Below, one piece after another: positions 11,379 through 20,209 of a DNA stretch of 64,000 nt. Under the pieces are notes generated by a model that saw only the letters and a list, made by a program, of their open reading frames with translations, was not told the DNA's origin and made no database searches. This stretch comes from an uncultured Planctomycetota bacterium. Its GTDB lineage: Bacteria > Planctomycetota > Planctomycetia > Gemmatales > Gemmataceae. A program made the translations under genes and the position numbers. The stretch lies in assembly GCA_963849325.1 (NCBI GenBank), contig CAWKHF010000006.1:544001-608000 (forward strand), written 5' to 3'. Each line of letters starts with the position of its first letter. Positions within the stretch are counted from its first letter, which is position 1.

Positions 11379-11606
11379 AAAAATCAACGACCAGCTGACG
11401 CGGCTTAGAGCTGCGGTGGATGCCGTTGCTGGAGTGTGGCGGAACAATTACCGTTACGCTTCTGAGAAGCGCATCTTCCAGGATTTCTTAAAGCGAAGGG
11501 TAATCCCCGTGAAGGGAAATAAAGGCGAGGAAGTCAAGATTCTCCGGAAGAAGGCGAACTTACTTCTACGAGACGCCCGCGTGATCGTTGAAGCGGGGGA
11601 GAAATC

Positions 11607-11921
11607 ATGGACCTAAAACAGAAGATCCGGGCAGCTTTTGCTGCTACGACAGCGCTGAAGAAAGCCCGCGTCGCCAAGGTCAAGTCCCTCGGCAACCGTG
11701 TGCTTGTCTACCTCGTCTCCCCATCCTTCTCCAACAAGACCCCATTGCAGAAGCAGCGGCTAGTGTCTAAGGTCATGCGAGGAGCCAGCACGCTCACACC
11801 GGAAGACGTTCGCCGTGTCGGTTTGGTGCGCACTCTTACGCCAGCAGCGTACAACCGGATGGTGAAGGCTCGCAAAGCACGGCTCAACCAAGTTAGCGGC
11901 AAGTCAAAGAAGGACGGCTAA
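11607..11921 (+). CDS. Small basic BolA-like protein
   Basis: VYLVSPSFSNKTPLQKQRLV...TLTP pattern resembles BolA; overlaps the 3' end of the HEPN gene. Confidence 0.6.
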   Translation: MDLKQKIRAAFAATTALKKARVAKVKSLGNRVLVYLVSPSFSNKTPLQKQRLVSKVMRGASTLTPEDVRRVGLVRTLTPAAYNRMVKARKARLNQVSGKSKKDG

Positions 11922-12966
11922 TGCAATCGGCTGTCCTTCCCTCCCCTCCCGGACCATGAACGGCCCCGGCAACCATTTCCCCATTGGCTCGAAACGCAAT
12001 CGGTTCCGTTCGCCAATCCCAGGACGGCAGACGAGAGCCGATGACGACCGCGAGCAGCGCTTCGGCGAGATTAAAGCGTGCCAGCCGTCGCAAACCGACG
12101 TAGGACGTGGTGAGCCGCGGATTGATCTCGATAACCACATCGCCGCTACCATTCTCGGCGTCGCCGAGGACGAGATCCATGCCGAACCAGCCGTGCAATC
12201 CCTCCACGCAACGTGCGGCTCGTTCCGCCAGGCGGCGGGCGCGATAATCCAGGCGTGTGGGCAAGGGCAGATGTCCTCCCAGGTAGCGGAAACGACCCTC
12301 GTTGGAGAGATGTTGCTCCACGGCCGGCAACGAGTGCCATTCGCTGCTGCCGGCGAGGAAGGCGACACTCACCGCCAGGCCGCGCACGTACGGTTGCCGT
12401 ATCAACTCCCCGCTCCATCCCTCGTCTTGGGCCTGTCGGCGAGCGCGGTCCAACTCGTCCTCGTTATGGACCAGGAACGTGGCCTGCGAGCCGGCCCCGA
12501 AGCGCGGTTTGCACACCAGAGGATAAGGGGAGGGGGAGGACGGCGTGGGGATTCCCGACGAAATCCAGTGACACGTCAATGTCAGCTTGTCCGCCGTCAT
12601 TCGCACCGCCGCGGAGGATGGGCCGAGTAAACGTCCTCCCTCCTCTTCGACCCAGCGACAGCGCTGAAAAAGGATGTCGTCGAACTCCGGCGCGATGAGG
12701 AGCGACCAATCGGCGTGAGCAGCCAGTGTCCGAAAGACTTGCTCTTCACTCCCAACCGGCGCGGCGTGTGGGACAACGCTCGGAGCCAATTCCGCGACGG
12801 CGGGGAGCAGACATGGATCGAGCAGCGTAATCGTCTCGATGTCGGGACAGCGAGCGAAGTCCTCCAGCACGGCGGAGAGCATGGCCCAGCCTTCGACGTG
12901 GAGAGAGGTTTCGGGACTGCCGCCCCGCCCACCGGCGCACAGGTATTCGTAGACGAAGACCTTCAT
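11893..12966 (-). CDS. ATP-grasp domain protein (tyramine-glutamate ligase MfnD-like)
   Basis: FVYEY, EGWAML, IAPEFD, KPRFGAGS and IEINPRLTTSYVG motifs. Confidence 0.8.
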   Translation of the reverse strand: MKVFVYEYLCAGGRGGSPETSLHVEGWAMLSAVLEDFARCPDIETITLLDPCLLPAVAELAPSVVPHAAPVGSEEQVFRTLAAHADWSLLIAPEFDDILFQRCRWVEEEGGRLLGPSSAAVRMTADKLTLTCHWISSGIPTPSSPSPYPLVCKPRFGAGSQATFLVHNEDELDRARRQAQDEGWSGELIRQPYVRGLAVSVAFLAGSSEWHSLPAVEQHLSNEGRFRYLGGHLPLPTRLDYRARRLAERAARCVEGLHGWFGMDLVLGDAENGSGDVVIEINPRLTTSYVGLRRLARFNLAEALLAVVIGSRLPSWDWRTEPIAFRANGEMVAGAVHGPGGEGRTADCISRPSLTCR

Positions 12967-12976
12967 GCGTCGGCCC

Positions 12977-13486
12977 TCAGGCGTGGCCGTTACGCTCCCG
13001 ACGGAGCCGCCCCACCTCGCGCTCGATCATGGCGCGACGGTCGGCGATGAGCTTGCGATGCTGATGCAAACCATAGCGGCGCGTGGCCCAGTAATCGAGC
13101 GCCGCCAGAAAGACCACGGCCATCAGCACAAGCAGGAAGACGATCCAGAAGCCGCCGTAAAAGCGGGCGAACAGGCGTTGCTCGTCACGGAGGGGCGCGA
13201 CATCGCCTTGTCGCTCCATCTCGGCTCGTTCGTCGGCCAACTGCTGCGCCGGCACTTCGAGATAGATCAAGGCCAGCGCCAGCATGACGCCCAGCAGGAG
13301 CAGCAGCACCGAGGTCACCAGGCGGCGGCGCGTGCGGCTGACGAGATAGGAACGCTCCTCCAGCGGCATCTCCTCGGCGTGACGCAGGCGGCGCATCGAC
13401 AGGACTTGCCGCACACCGTACAGCGCCGCCACGAACAGCAATAGCACGACAAGGACGGCGCCGAAGACGATTTGCGACCAACCCAC
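12977..13486 (-). CDS. Hypothetical membrane protein (3 TM)
   Basis: Three hydrophobic segments; sits between co-oriented genes. Confidence 0.7.
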   Translation of the reverse strand: MGWSQIVFGAVLVVLLLFVAALYGVRQVLSMRRLRHAEEMPLEERSYLVSRTRRRLVTSVLLLLLGVMLALALIYLEVPAQQLADERAEMERQGDVAPLRDEQRLFARFYGGFWIVFLLVLMAVVFLAALDYWATRRYGLHQHRKLIADRRAMIEREVGRLRRERNGHA

Positions 13487-13516
13487 GATGAGGCTCCACG
13501 GAGGCGGAAAGCGCTT

Positions 13517-14582
13517 TCACTTCACCCGCTGCAACCACACGCTCAAGACCTTCGCCACCTGTTCGAGGCCCTCGGCCGAACAGTTTTCCGGAAGGTCGCT
13601 CAATCGGTGCCAATGCGGATACTTGAAGTCGATGATGTCGATGGCCGGGATGCCATTTTGGTAGAGCGCGACGTGATCGTCCTGGACGTGCGCCCCGAAG
13701 GAGTCGGCGTCGAAGGCCGAGCATTCCAGTTGCTTGGCGATGCCCCAGATCGCTTGCACCAGGCCGGGAGCCTGTTCCGACGAGTACGGCTCGATGGGGA
13801 AGCTCGGCTTCTTGCCGCCGATCATGTCGAGCAGGATGGCGGCGCCGTAGAACTTCTGGCCGCGGGCCTTGCGGTACTCGCGGCCGAAGTGCTTCGAGCC
13901 GAAGAAATAGTCGTCGTCCTGCTCGAAGACGTACTCCTCGCCGTCGAAAAAGACAAAATCGACGCCGACGTTGACCTTCAAGTCCTTCATGGCGTGGGCC
14001 AGCTCCATGAGGAGGGCGACGCCGGAGCCGCCGTCGTTGGCGCTGACGAACGGTTTGCGCCAGTTCCGCGTGTCGTGCTCCTGGTCGGCCAGCGGCCGCG
14101 TGTCGTAGTGCGAGCAGAGGAGGACGCGGCGCTGGCGCGTCGGGGTGCCAGGAGACGACGAGGTTAGCCATGTCCACGCCCTTGCGGACGCTGCGCTGCG
14201 TGGCCGTGAAACGCTGCCACTCGATCTGACCGCCCTGGGCCGTGAAATGTTTTTCCAGCAGCTCCTGCTGCTTTTTCATGCCCTCGGTGCCGCTGATGCG
14301 CGGGCCGATCTGGCACAGCGCTTCGAGGTAGCCCATGGCGCGGCCGGCGTTGAAGGGGGCTGGTTCGACCGCGGCTTCGCGGTCGGCGGCGAAGGCGTCG
14401 CCGGTCTTTCGGGGCGTTTCGGCGTTGCCGGCTGCTTCGTCTGCTTGAACCATTGTTCGACCAGCTGCGTCGCCGGTCTTTCGCGGCGTTTCGGCGTTGC
14501 CGTTCCAGGGTCGCAGCATGAACAGACAAACCACCAGGGCCGCGAGGACGACGATCGTGATACCACCGGCCATTCGACGCAT
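13517..14582 (-). CDS. M28 family peptidase / glutaminyl-cyclase-like; frameshift near 14140
   Basis: GPRISGT, SHYDTRP, ANDGGSG, FFDGEE, LLDMIG, DDH and WHRLSD motifs. Confidence 0.85.
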
Positions 14583-14722
14583 GACGGACCCCCCTCGTCG
14601 AACAGGGAATAGGGACCAGGGACGAGGGGCGAGAGAGGAAGGCGAGAACTCCTCATCCCTCAGGGAATCATAGCCGGTCGGCGAATGGCGAGCGAGAGCG
14701 ATTTCACTGGCGGTAGGTGCCG

Positions 14723-16229
14723 GGGTGGGCAGCTGTTACTTGGGTGGGTTTTTGGCTTGTCGCGCGATAGGTTGACTCCCAGGTCCAAAACGCACACGCC
14801 TTCTTCACACTCAGGAGTTGCATCATGGCTTCCCAGCACGGTCCTTCCCCAGTGGCCCCATCCCGCCAAGAACGCATCGAAGCCATCCTGCAACAGCTGC
14901 GACCCCAGATCGAACAGACCGTTCGCCAGCTTGTCGAAAGGGCCGTCGATGTTCCCGAGGCGGAGGAATTCGGCGCCATCGACTTCGAGTTCCGCGATGC
15001 CGGGCAGAAGCTGGTCAACCACGTCCGGCAAGCCAGCGTGGCGAGCCGGAAAAAAAGGGCTACGTAGGCTCCAGCGTACGCTGCACCTTGTGCGGGCACA
15101 CGGCCAAGTTTCATTCCTACCAGTCCCGGCGGCTGTTGACCGTGCATGGCGAGGTGCGTCTGGAGCGCGCCTATTCCTACTGTGCCCGCTGCCACCACAG
15201 TTGCATCCCCTACGACGAGGTACTGGGCTTGCACGATGCCATCAGCCCCGGCTTGCGGCCGCTGGTCTGTCTGGCCGGGACGATGGTGCCCTTCGGCGAT
15301 GCGTCCGAAGACATCCTCCGGCGTTTCTCCGGAGTGCGTCTGTCGGCTTCCTCGGTATTGCGCTGTACCCAAGGGGAGGGCGAACGCTTGCGGGCGCAGC
15401 AGAAAGCGGGGCCGATGGTCGAGCCGACGCAGCCCGAACTCCTCTGGACCGCACCGCGAAGGGAAGGGCAGCCCGCGGCCTATGTCGGCCTGGACGCCTT
15501 CAGCGTGCCGATGCAGGGGATCGGAGCAGGCAAGGCCGAGCATCGCATGCTCTACACCGCGTTGTTGTACACGCCGCAAAAGGAGCACAGCCGCTACCTG
15601 GTCGATTTCGACCTCGATGTGCTGGCGGAGCAAGTGGCGCGCAGGCCCGGGCGTTGGGCGTTACGCGGGTGAGTGACTTGATCGCCGTGACCGACGGCGG
15701 CAACGGCCTGGAAGAAGCCTTGCAGCGTCACCTGGCCGAGAACCTGACGACTATCCTGGATTGGTATCACGCCGCCGAACACCTCTGTGCCTTCGCCAAC
15801 GTCTGGCATGCCGGCGAGGAAACGGCCCGCGTGCTGTGGCAGCAGCAGGCCAAAGGAATCCTCTATGAGCAAGGGGGCGAAGCCTTGCTCACCTTTTTGC
15901 GGGCGTTGGACTTGCCGCCGGAGACATCGGCAGAGGTTCACGAGGAACTGCGGAAGCTGATCGGCTACTTCGAGAACAACCGGCATCGCACCGATTATCC
16001 GCGCTATCGTCAGAAGGGCTGGGACATCGGCAGTGGGCCGACGGAGGCGGGCTGCAAGATCATCGGTGAAAGGCTCAAGGGTTCGGGCATGCGCTGGGTA
16101 GAAGACGGTGCGGCAACCGTGGCGGCCCTACGGGCTTTATATGTCAGTGGCGGCAAGGTGTGGGACGGCTTCTGGTCGCAGCCTCACCGCGCCGCCGCGT
16201 AAAGTCACCCAAGTAAATGATTCACACCC
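14723..16229 (+). mobile_element. ISKra4/ISLre2-like insertion sequence
   Basis: Imperfect TIRs GGGTG...TTACTTGGGTG; 9-bp duplication TAGGTGCCG (14714-14722, 16230-16238). Confidence 0.85.
14825..16202 (+). CDS. ISKra4-like transposase; A7G3 slippery site near 15050 plus a further frameshift
   Basis: TVHGEVRLERAYSYC..C, VGLDAF, VTDGGNGL, LDWYHAAEHL and IGSGPTEAGCK motifs. Confidence 0.85.
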
Positions 16230-16348
16230 TAGGTGCCGCGAGCCGAGCGGCACAGGGCGTCCGGCTCGGCTCGCCGGACCTACTTGCGTGTTTGCAATGT
16301 TCGCCTTACTGTGAACGTGACGAAGGATACTCAACCGGGAGCGTGACG

Positions 16349-18055
16349 ATGTGCCGACTTCTGGGCATCCTGTGCGCCGTTTCTCTCTTCTTACCTGTCC
16401 GCGCTGCATCCGCTCGCGGCCCATTCGCGGACCTCGTCGTGACGAACGCGCGGATCTGGACGGTCAACTCGGCCCAACCGGAGGCTGAAGCGTTGGCGAT
16501 CGTGCGCGATCGAATCGCGGTTGTCGGCAGCGGCGCCGACGTGCGACCGATGATCGGCCCGAAGACGCGCGTCCTCGACGCGCAGGGTCGGCGAATCGTA
16601 CCGGGGTTTTACGACAGTCACATTCACCTGCTCGGCTCGGGCCTTCGTCTCTCCGAGGTCGCCCTGAAGGACGCGGCGAACGAGGCCGAGTTCGGCAAGC
16701 GTTTGCAGGCGTTCGATCGCAAACTGCCGCGCGATCGCTGGCTGCTGGGCGGCGAGTGGGACCACGATCGCACCTTCGGCGGACGTCTGCCCACGGCCGA
16801 GCTAATCGACAAGTACGTCGCCGACCGTCCCGTGTTCCTGCGCCGCTATGACGGACACATGGCCGTCGTCAACACATCCGCCCTTCGCCTCGCCGGCATC
16901 ACCGCCGAGACGGCCGAGCCAGCCGGCGGCGTGATTTATCGCAAGCCCGGTTCGCGTCACCCCAGTGGCGTGCTGCGCGACAACGCCATGAGCCTGGTCG
17001 AACGTCTTGTCCCGGCGCCGACGGAGGAGCAGATCATCGAAGCCGTCCGCGCCGCCCTGGCCGAAGCGCGGCAAGTCGGCGTCACCAGCGCCCAGGACAT
17101 GGGCGGCAGCGCCGGCGCGATGCGGCGTCGCCTGTTTCGTCTGTATCAGCAGTTGGCCCGGCAGGGTCAGCTGACGATGCGTCTCGATCTCCGCTGGCCG
17201 TTGGCGGACTGGCGCAGTCTGGCGATGCTGGGCGTCGAGGCAAATTACGGAGACGACTGGGTGCGTATTGGCGGTGTCAAGGGCTTCGTCGATGGCTCGC
17301 TCGGCTCCAGCACGGCGAAGATGTTCGACTCCTACCGGAACGAGAAGGGCAGTACGGGCGTGTACGTGACGCCGCTCAACCGTCTGCGCGAATCCATCGA
17401 AGGCGCCGACGCGGCCGGGCTGTCGATTGCCGTACACGCCATAGGCGACCGCGCCAACGCCGAGCTGCTCGACATCTTCGCCGAGGTGGCGAAGAAGAAC
17501 GGGCCGCGCGATCGTCGTTTCCGCATCGAGCACGCCCAGCACTTACGGCCACGCGACTATGCACGCTTCAAGGAACTGGGCGTGATCGCGTCCCTGCAAC
17601 CGTACCACGCCATCGACGACGGCCGCTGGGCCGAGGGACGCATCGGGGCGGAGCGATGCGCTTCGTCCTATGCGTGCCGGTCGCTGCTCGACGCGGGAGC
17701 GCGGCTGGCGTTCGGCTCGGATTGGTCGGTGGCGCCGCTCAACCCGCTGCTGGGCATCGACGCCGCCGTCAATCGCCGCACGCTGGACGGCAAGCATCCC
17801 AAGGGCTGGTTCCCGCAGCAGAAGATCGGCGTCGCCGAGGCGATCGCGGCGTACACGCTCGGTTCGGCGTATGCGGCGTTTCAGGACAAGGATCGCGGCT
17901 CGCTGGAGGTGGGCAAACTCGCCGACTTCGTGGTGCTGTCGCGCGACATTCTGGCGGACTCGGAGCGCGATCGCATCGCTGAGACGAAGGTGCTGGCTAC
18001 CATCGTCGGAGGCAAGGTCGTTCACGAGAACAGTCGAGAAAAGGGCCGCCCTTGA
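16349..18055 (+). CDS. Secreted amidohydrolase (amidohydro_3 / YtcJ-like)
   Basis: PGFYDSHIH, DGH, KGFVDGSLGS, HAIGDRAN, RIEHAQ, FGSDW and GKLADFVVL motifs. Confidence 0.92.
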   Translation: MCRLLGILCAVSLFLPVRAASARGPFADLVVTNARIWTVNSAQPEAEALAIVRDRIAVVGSGADVRPMIGPKTRVLDAQGRRIVPGFYDSHIHLLGSGLRLSEVALKDAANEAEFGKRLQAFDRKLPRDRWLLGGEWDHDRTFGGRLPTAELIDKYVADRPVFLRRYDGHMAVVNTSALRLAGITAETAEPAGGVIYRKPGSRHPSGVLRDNAMSLVERLVPAPTEEQIIEAVRAALAEARQVGVTSAQDMGGSAGAMRRRLFRLYQQLARQGQLTMRLDLRWPLADWRSLAMLGVEANYGDDWVRIGGVKGFVDGSLGSSTAKMFDSYRNEKGSTGVYVTPLNRLRESIEGADAAGLSIAVHAIGDRANAELLDIFAEVAKKNGPRDRRFRIEHAQHLRPRDYARFKELGVIASLQPYHAIDDGRWAEGRIGAERCASSYACRSLLDAGARLAFGSDWSVAPLNPLLGIDAAVNRRTLDGKHPKGWFPQQKIGVAEAIAAYTLGSAYAAFQDKDRGSLEVGKLADFVVLSRDILADSERDRIAETKVLATIVGGKVVHENSREKGRP

Positions 18056-18073
18056 ACTCCCATGCGGCCCTTA

Positions 18074-18162
18074 GAGGCACTAACCGAATGTGGCGGCACG
18101 TTTGTAACGTGCCGTACAATCCAACACGTTGAAAACGTGTTGCCACATTTTGTTAGAGCCTC
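18074..18162. mobile_element. MITE with GAGGC TIRs and TTA duplication (same ends as 4924-5024, different internal hairpin)
   Basis: tta|GAGGCACTAAC...GTTAGAGCCTC|tta; internal TGTGGCGGCACGTTT...AACGTGTTGCCACA. Confidence 0.75.
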
Positions 18163-18230
18163 TTAATCGTCACATTCGGCAATCTTTCCCGCATCCTCTT
18201 TTCTCGCCCCCAAGAAAATTGGGAAAAGTG

Positions 18231-18257
18231 GGTAACGCAACTCACCCTGAGCGACAA
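18231..18257 (+). promoter_or_regulatory. Possible ECF-type promoter (GGTAAC-N15-CGACAA)
   Basis: AAC-containing -35 and CGAC-type -10 directly upstream of the ECF gene; pattern match only. Confidence 0.3.
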
Positions 18258-18271
18258 TGAATAGGTGAGGA

Positions 18272-18916
18272 TTGACGCCCTGTTCCGAGCCGGAGCGAAG
18301 TCGGATGGGTGGAAATGCGTCCGATGGCGGACCCGAGACGACCGGCGGCGACCGGGCGGAGCACCTGCGCCGCGCGATCGACTATGCGATCAACTACGAG
18401 TATGAAACGCTGATTCGCCGCGTCGGTCTGCTGGTCTACCGCATCTGCGGCCGATTGAGGCGCGATGAGGTTGCGGATCGGTCCCAGGAGGTTCTCGGTG
18501 AGGCGGTGAAGCGCGCCTTGCAGGCGGCGGAGCGGTTCGATCCGGGACAGTCGGCGACCGCCTGGTTAATGGGTTTCGCTCTGCACATTCTGCAGGAGCA
18601 GCGGCGCGGCCGGGCGAAGCGCGTCGTCGCTCAGAGCGATCTCGGCGAGGAGGCGTGGCGGCAAACCCTGGCGGAATTGTGCGCCGCCGATACGGATGCC
18701 GCGACCATCCGTCTCGACGTCCGGCAGGCGTTGGCGCGTCTGGACGAAGGGCAGCGACGCATCGTGGAGTTGCGGTATTTCGATGGGTTGGATGGAGAAG
18801 AGTTGGCGCGAGCTGTGGACGCGCCGTCCGCGGGCGCCGCGCGGGTGCGGTTGGCGCGGGCGTTGCAAGCGCTGCGGCGACAATTTCGACTGGCTGAAGG
18901 CGAGGGGACGCCATGA
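18272..18916 (+). CDS. ECF (sigma-70 group 4) RNA polymerase sigma factor; start may be 18305
   Basis: Region 2 AERFDPGQSATAWLMGFA; region 4 ALARLDEGQRRIVELRYFDGLDGEELA...VRLARALQALR. Confidence 0.9.
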   Translation: MTPCSEPERSRMGGNASDGGPETTGGDRAEHLRRAIDYAINYEYETLIRRVGLLVYRICGRLRRDEVADRSQEVLGEAVKRALQAAERFDPGQSATAWLMGFALHILQEQRRGRAKRVVAQSDLGEEAWRQTLAELCAADTDAATIRLDVRQALARLDEGQRRIVELRYFDGLDGEELARAVDAPSAGAARVRLARALQALRRQFRLAEGEGTP

Positions 18917-19482
18917 CGGAACACGAACAGGCCGCCGGCTGGGCCGAGACCGCCCTGCGCTACCTCGACGCCCTCGACGCCGGCGACATCAACACACTGG
19001 CCGCGCTGTGGGAGCAAGCGGCTGCGAATCCCGAGTTGGAGCAAGTGTTAGGGGAGCTGACGGATGGACTCGCCGCCGAGGAGGGGGCATGGCCGTCGTG
19101 GGAGGCCGACGCCGCCCGCGTTCGGGATCTGTTGCGCGAGCATTTACCCAGTGGCTTCTCCGCTCCGGAGGAACCGCCGCCGCTGACCGTCCGTGATGTG
19201 GCGGCTCGCTTGCAGTCCGATAATGCCGTGGCCGGGCGTCTGAGCGTGGCGGATCGGACGGCCAACAGCCGACTACTGGCCGACACGACGCCGGTGCCGG
19301 AAGAACTGGGTTTACCGCACTTCGAGAAGTGGAAGACGACGCTGGGTGTCAGCGCCAGTCCGCACTATTGGCGAGCCTTTCGGCAGACGGCGGTGCTGCT
19401 GGCGATGGGTCGATGTCAACAGGCCGGCGAGTTGGCCGCGGCGCGCCGAGCCGGCCGGACACCGAGGGGAGGGCGGTCATGA
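18913..19482 (+). CDS. Hypothetical soluble protein, candidate anti-sigma factor
   Basis: ATGA overlaps with both neighbours; no TM segment and no evident HTH; lies directly after the ECF gene. Confidence 0.7.
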   Translation: MTEHEQAAGWAETALRYLDALDAGDINTLAALWEQAAANPELEQVLGELTDGLAAEEGAWPSWEADAARVRDLLREHLPSGFSAPEEPPPLTVRDVAARLQSDNAVAGRLSVADRTANSRLLADTTPVPEELGLPHFEKWKTTLGVSASPHYWRAFRQTAVLLAMGRCQQAGELAAARRAGRTPRGGRS

Positions 19483-20144
19483 GTCGGGCCGACGATGGCG
19501 TCCTCGTCGCCGACGCGATCCGGCGGCTTCACGCCGCTGCCGGTCTGCCGTGGCCGCCCCCCGCCAACCCCGTCGTCACGCCGGTGCCGCTCGATACGCT
19601 CATCGCCAGCTATAACCTGGTGCATGAGGAGGTCCCCGAATTGAGCCACGCTTCCGCCGGGGCCTTCCTCGTGCGCTGGGGAGTACGGCGCCCCGAACTG
19701 CTGGAAGATTCGTCGCCGCTGGCCGGTTTCCTTTTCGCCAACGCACGCGGCGGCTACATTCTGGTCCGAGGCGATGATCCGCTGCCGCGCCGTCGGTTCA
19801 CGGCGGCGCACGAACTGGGGCATTATCTGCTGCACTTCCTGCCGCGATTGCAGGCGAAGCAAGATCCGGAAACGTATCTGCTCAAGGATGACAGGGACGA
19901 TATGGTGCGCGAGGAGGCGAAGGACGGGGATGTCAAGGCGTTGTCACTACCGGAGATGGAGATGGAGCGGCAGGCCAATCGATTCGCGGCCGAGTTGTTG
20001 ATGCCGGAGTCCGTGTGCCGGATTGCTTGCGTGCAATGCTTCCGCCCGACGCCGCGATTTCTGGAGCATCATCTCGCCGGTACTCTGCTTGTCAGTCGAG
20101 AGGCGGTGCGCTGGCGTTTGCGGGGGCTGGCGCTGACAACCTGA
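19479..20144 (+). CDS. ImmA/IrrE family Zn metallo-endopeptidase
   Basis: RRRFTAAHELGHY (HExxH) and MERQANRFAAELLMP motifs. Confidence 0.92.
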   Translation: MSRADDGVLVADAIRRLHAAAGLPWPPPANPVVTPVPLDTLIASYNLVHEEVPELSHASAGAFLVRWGVRRPELLEDSSPLAGFLFANARGGYILVRGDDPLPRRRFTAAHELGHYLLHFLPRLQAKQDPETYLLKDDRDDMVREEAKDGDVKALSLPEMEMERQANRFAAELLMPESVCRIACVQCFRPTPRFLEHHLAGTLLVSREAVRWRLRGLALTT

Positions 20145-20209
20145 CAAGCTCGGAGTGCCAGCGACGGGTAGCACCCGCGACGGGTCGAGGAACCAACGAG
20201 GCAGCGACG

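Larger units (their letters stand above)
9500..11616 (+). pseudogene. HEPN-like domain gene interrupted by an ISH3-type IS and nested MITEs
   Basis: YLAGVAVE and HSL motifs in 5' part, W...RY in 3' part; removing the elements and one copy of each target duplication restores the frame FVASRLDFRLEDKLKSQREKPQKINDQLTRLRAAVDAVAGVWRNNYRY. Confidence 0.75.

Noticed and set aside
14395-14502. CRISPR array (36-bp repeat, 36-bp spacer)
   Set aside because: Only two repeats, in frame inside a CDS, with no cas genes or leader in the window.
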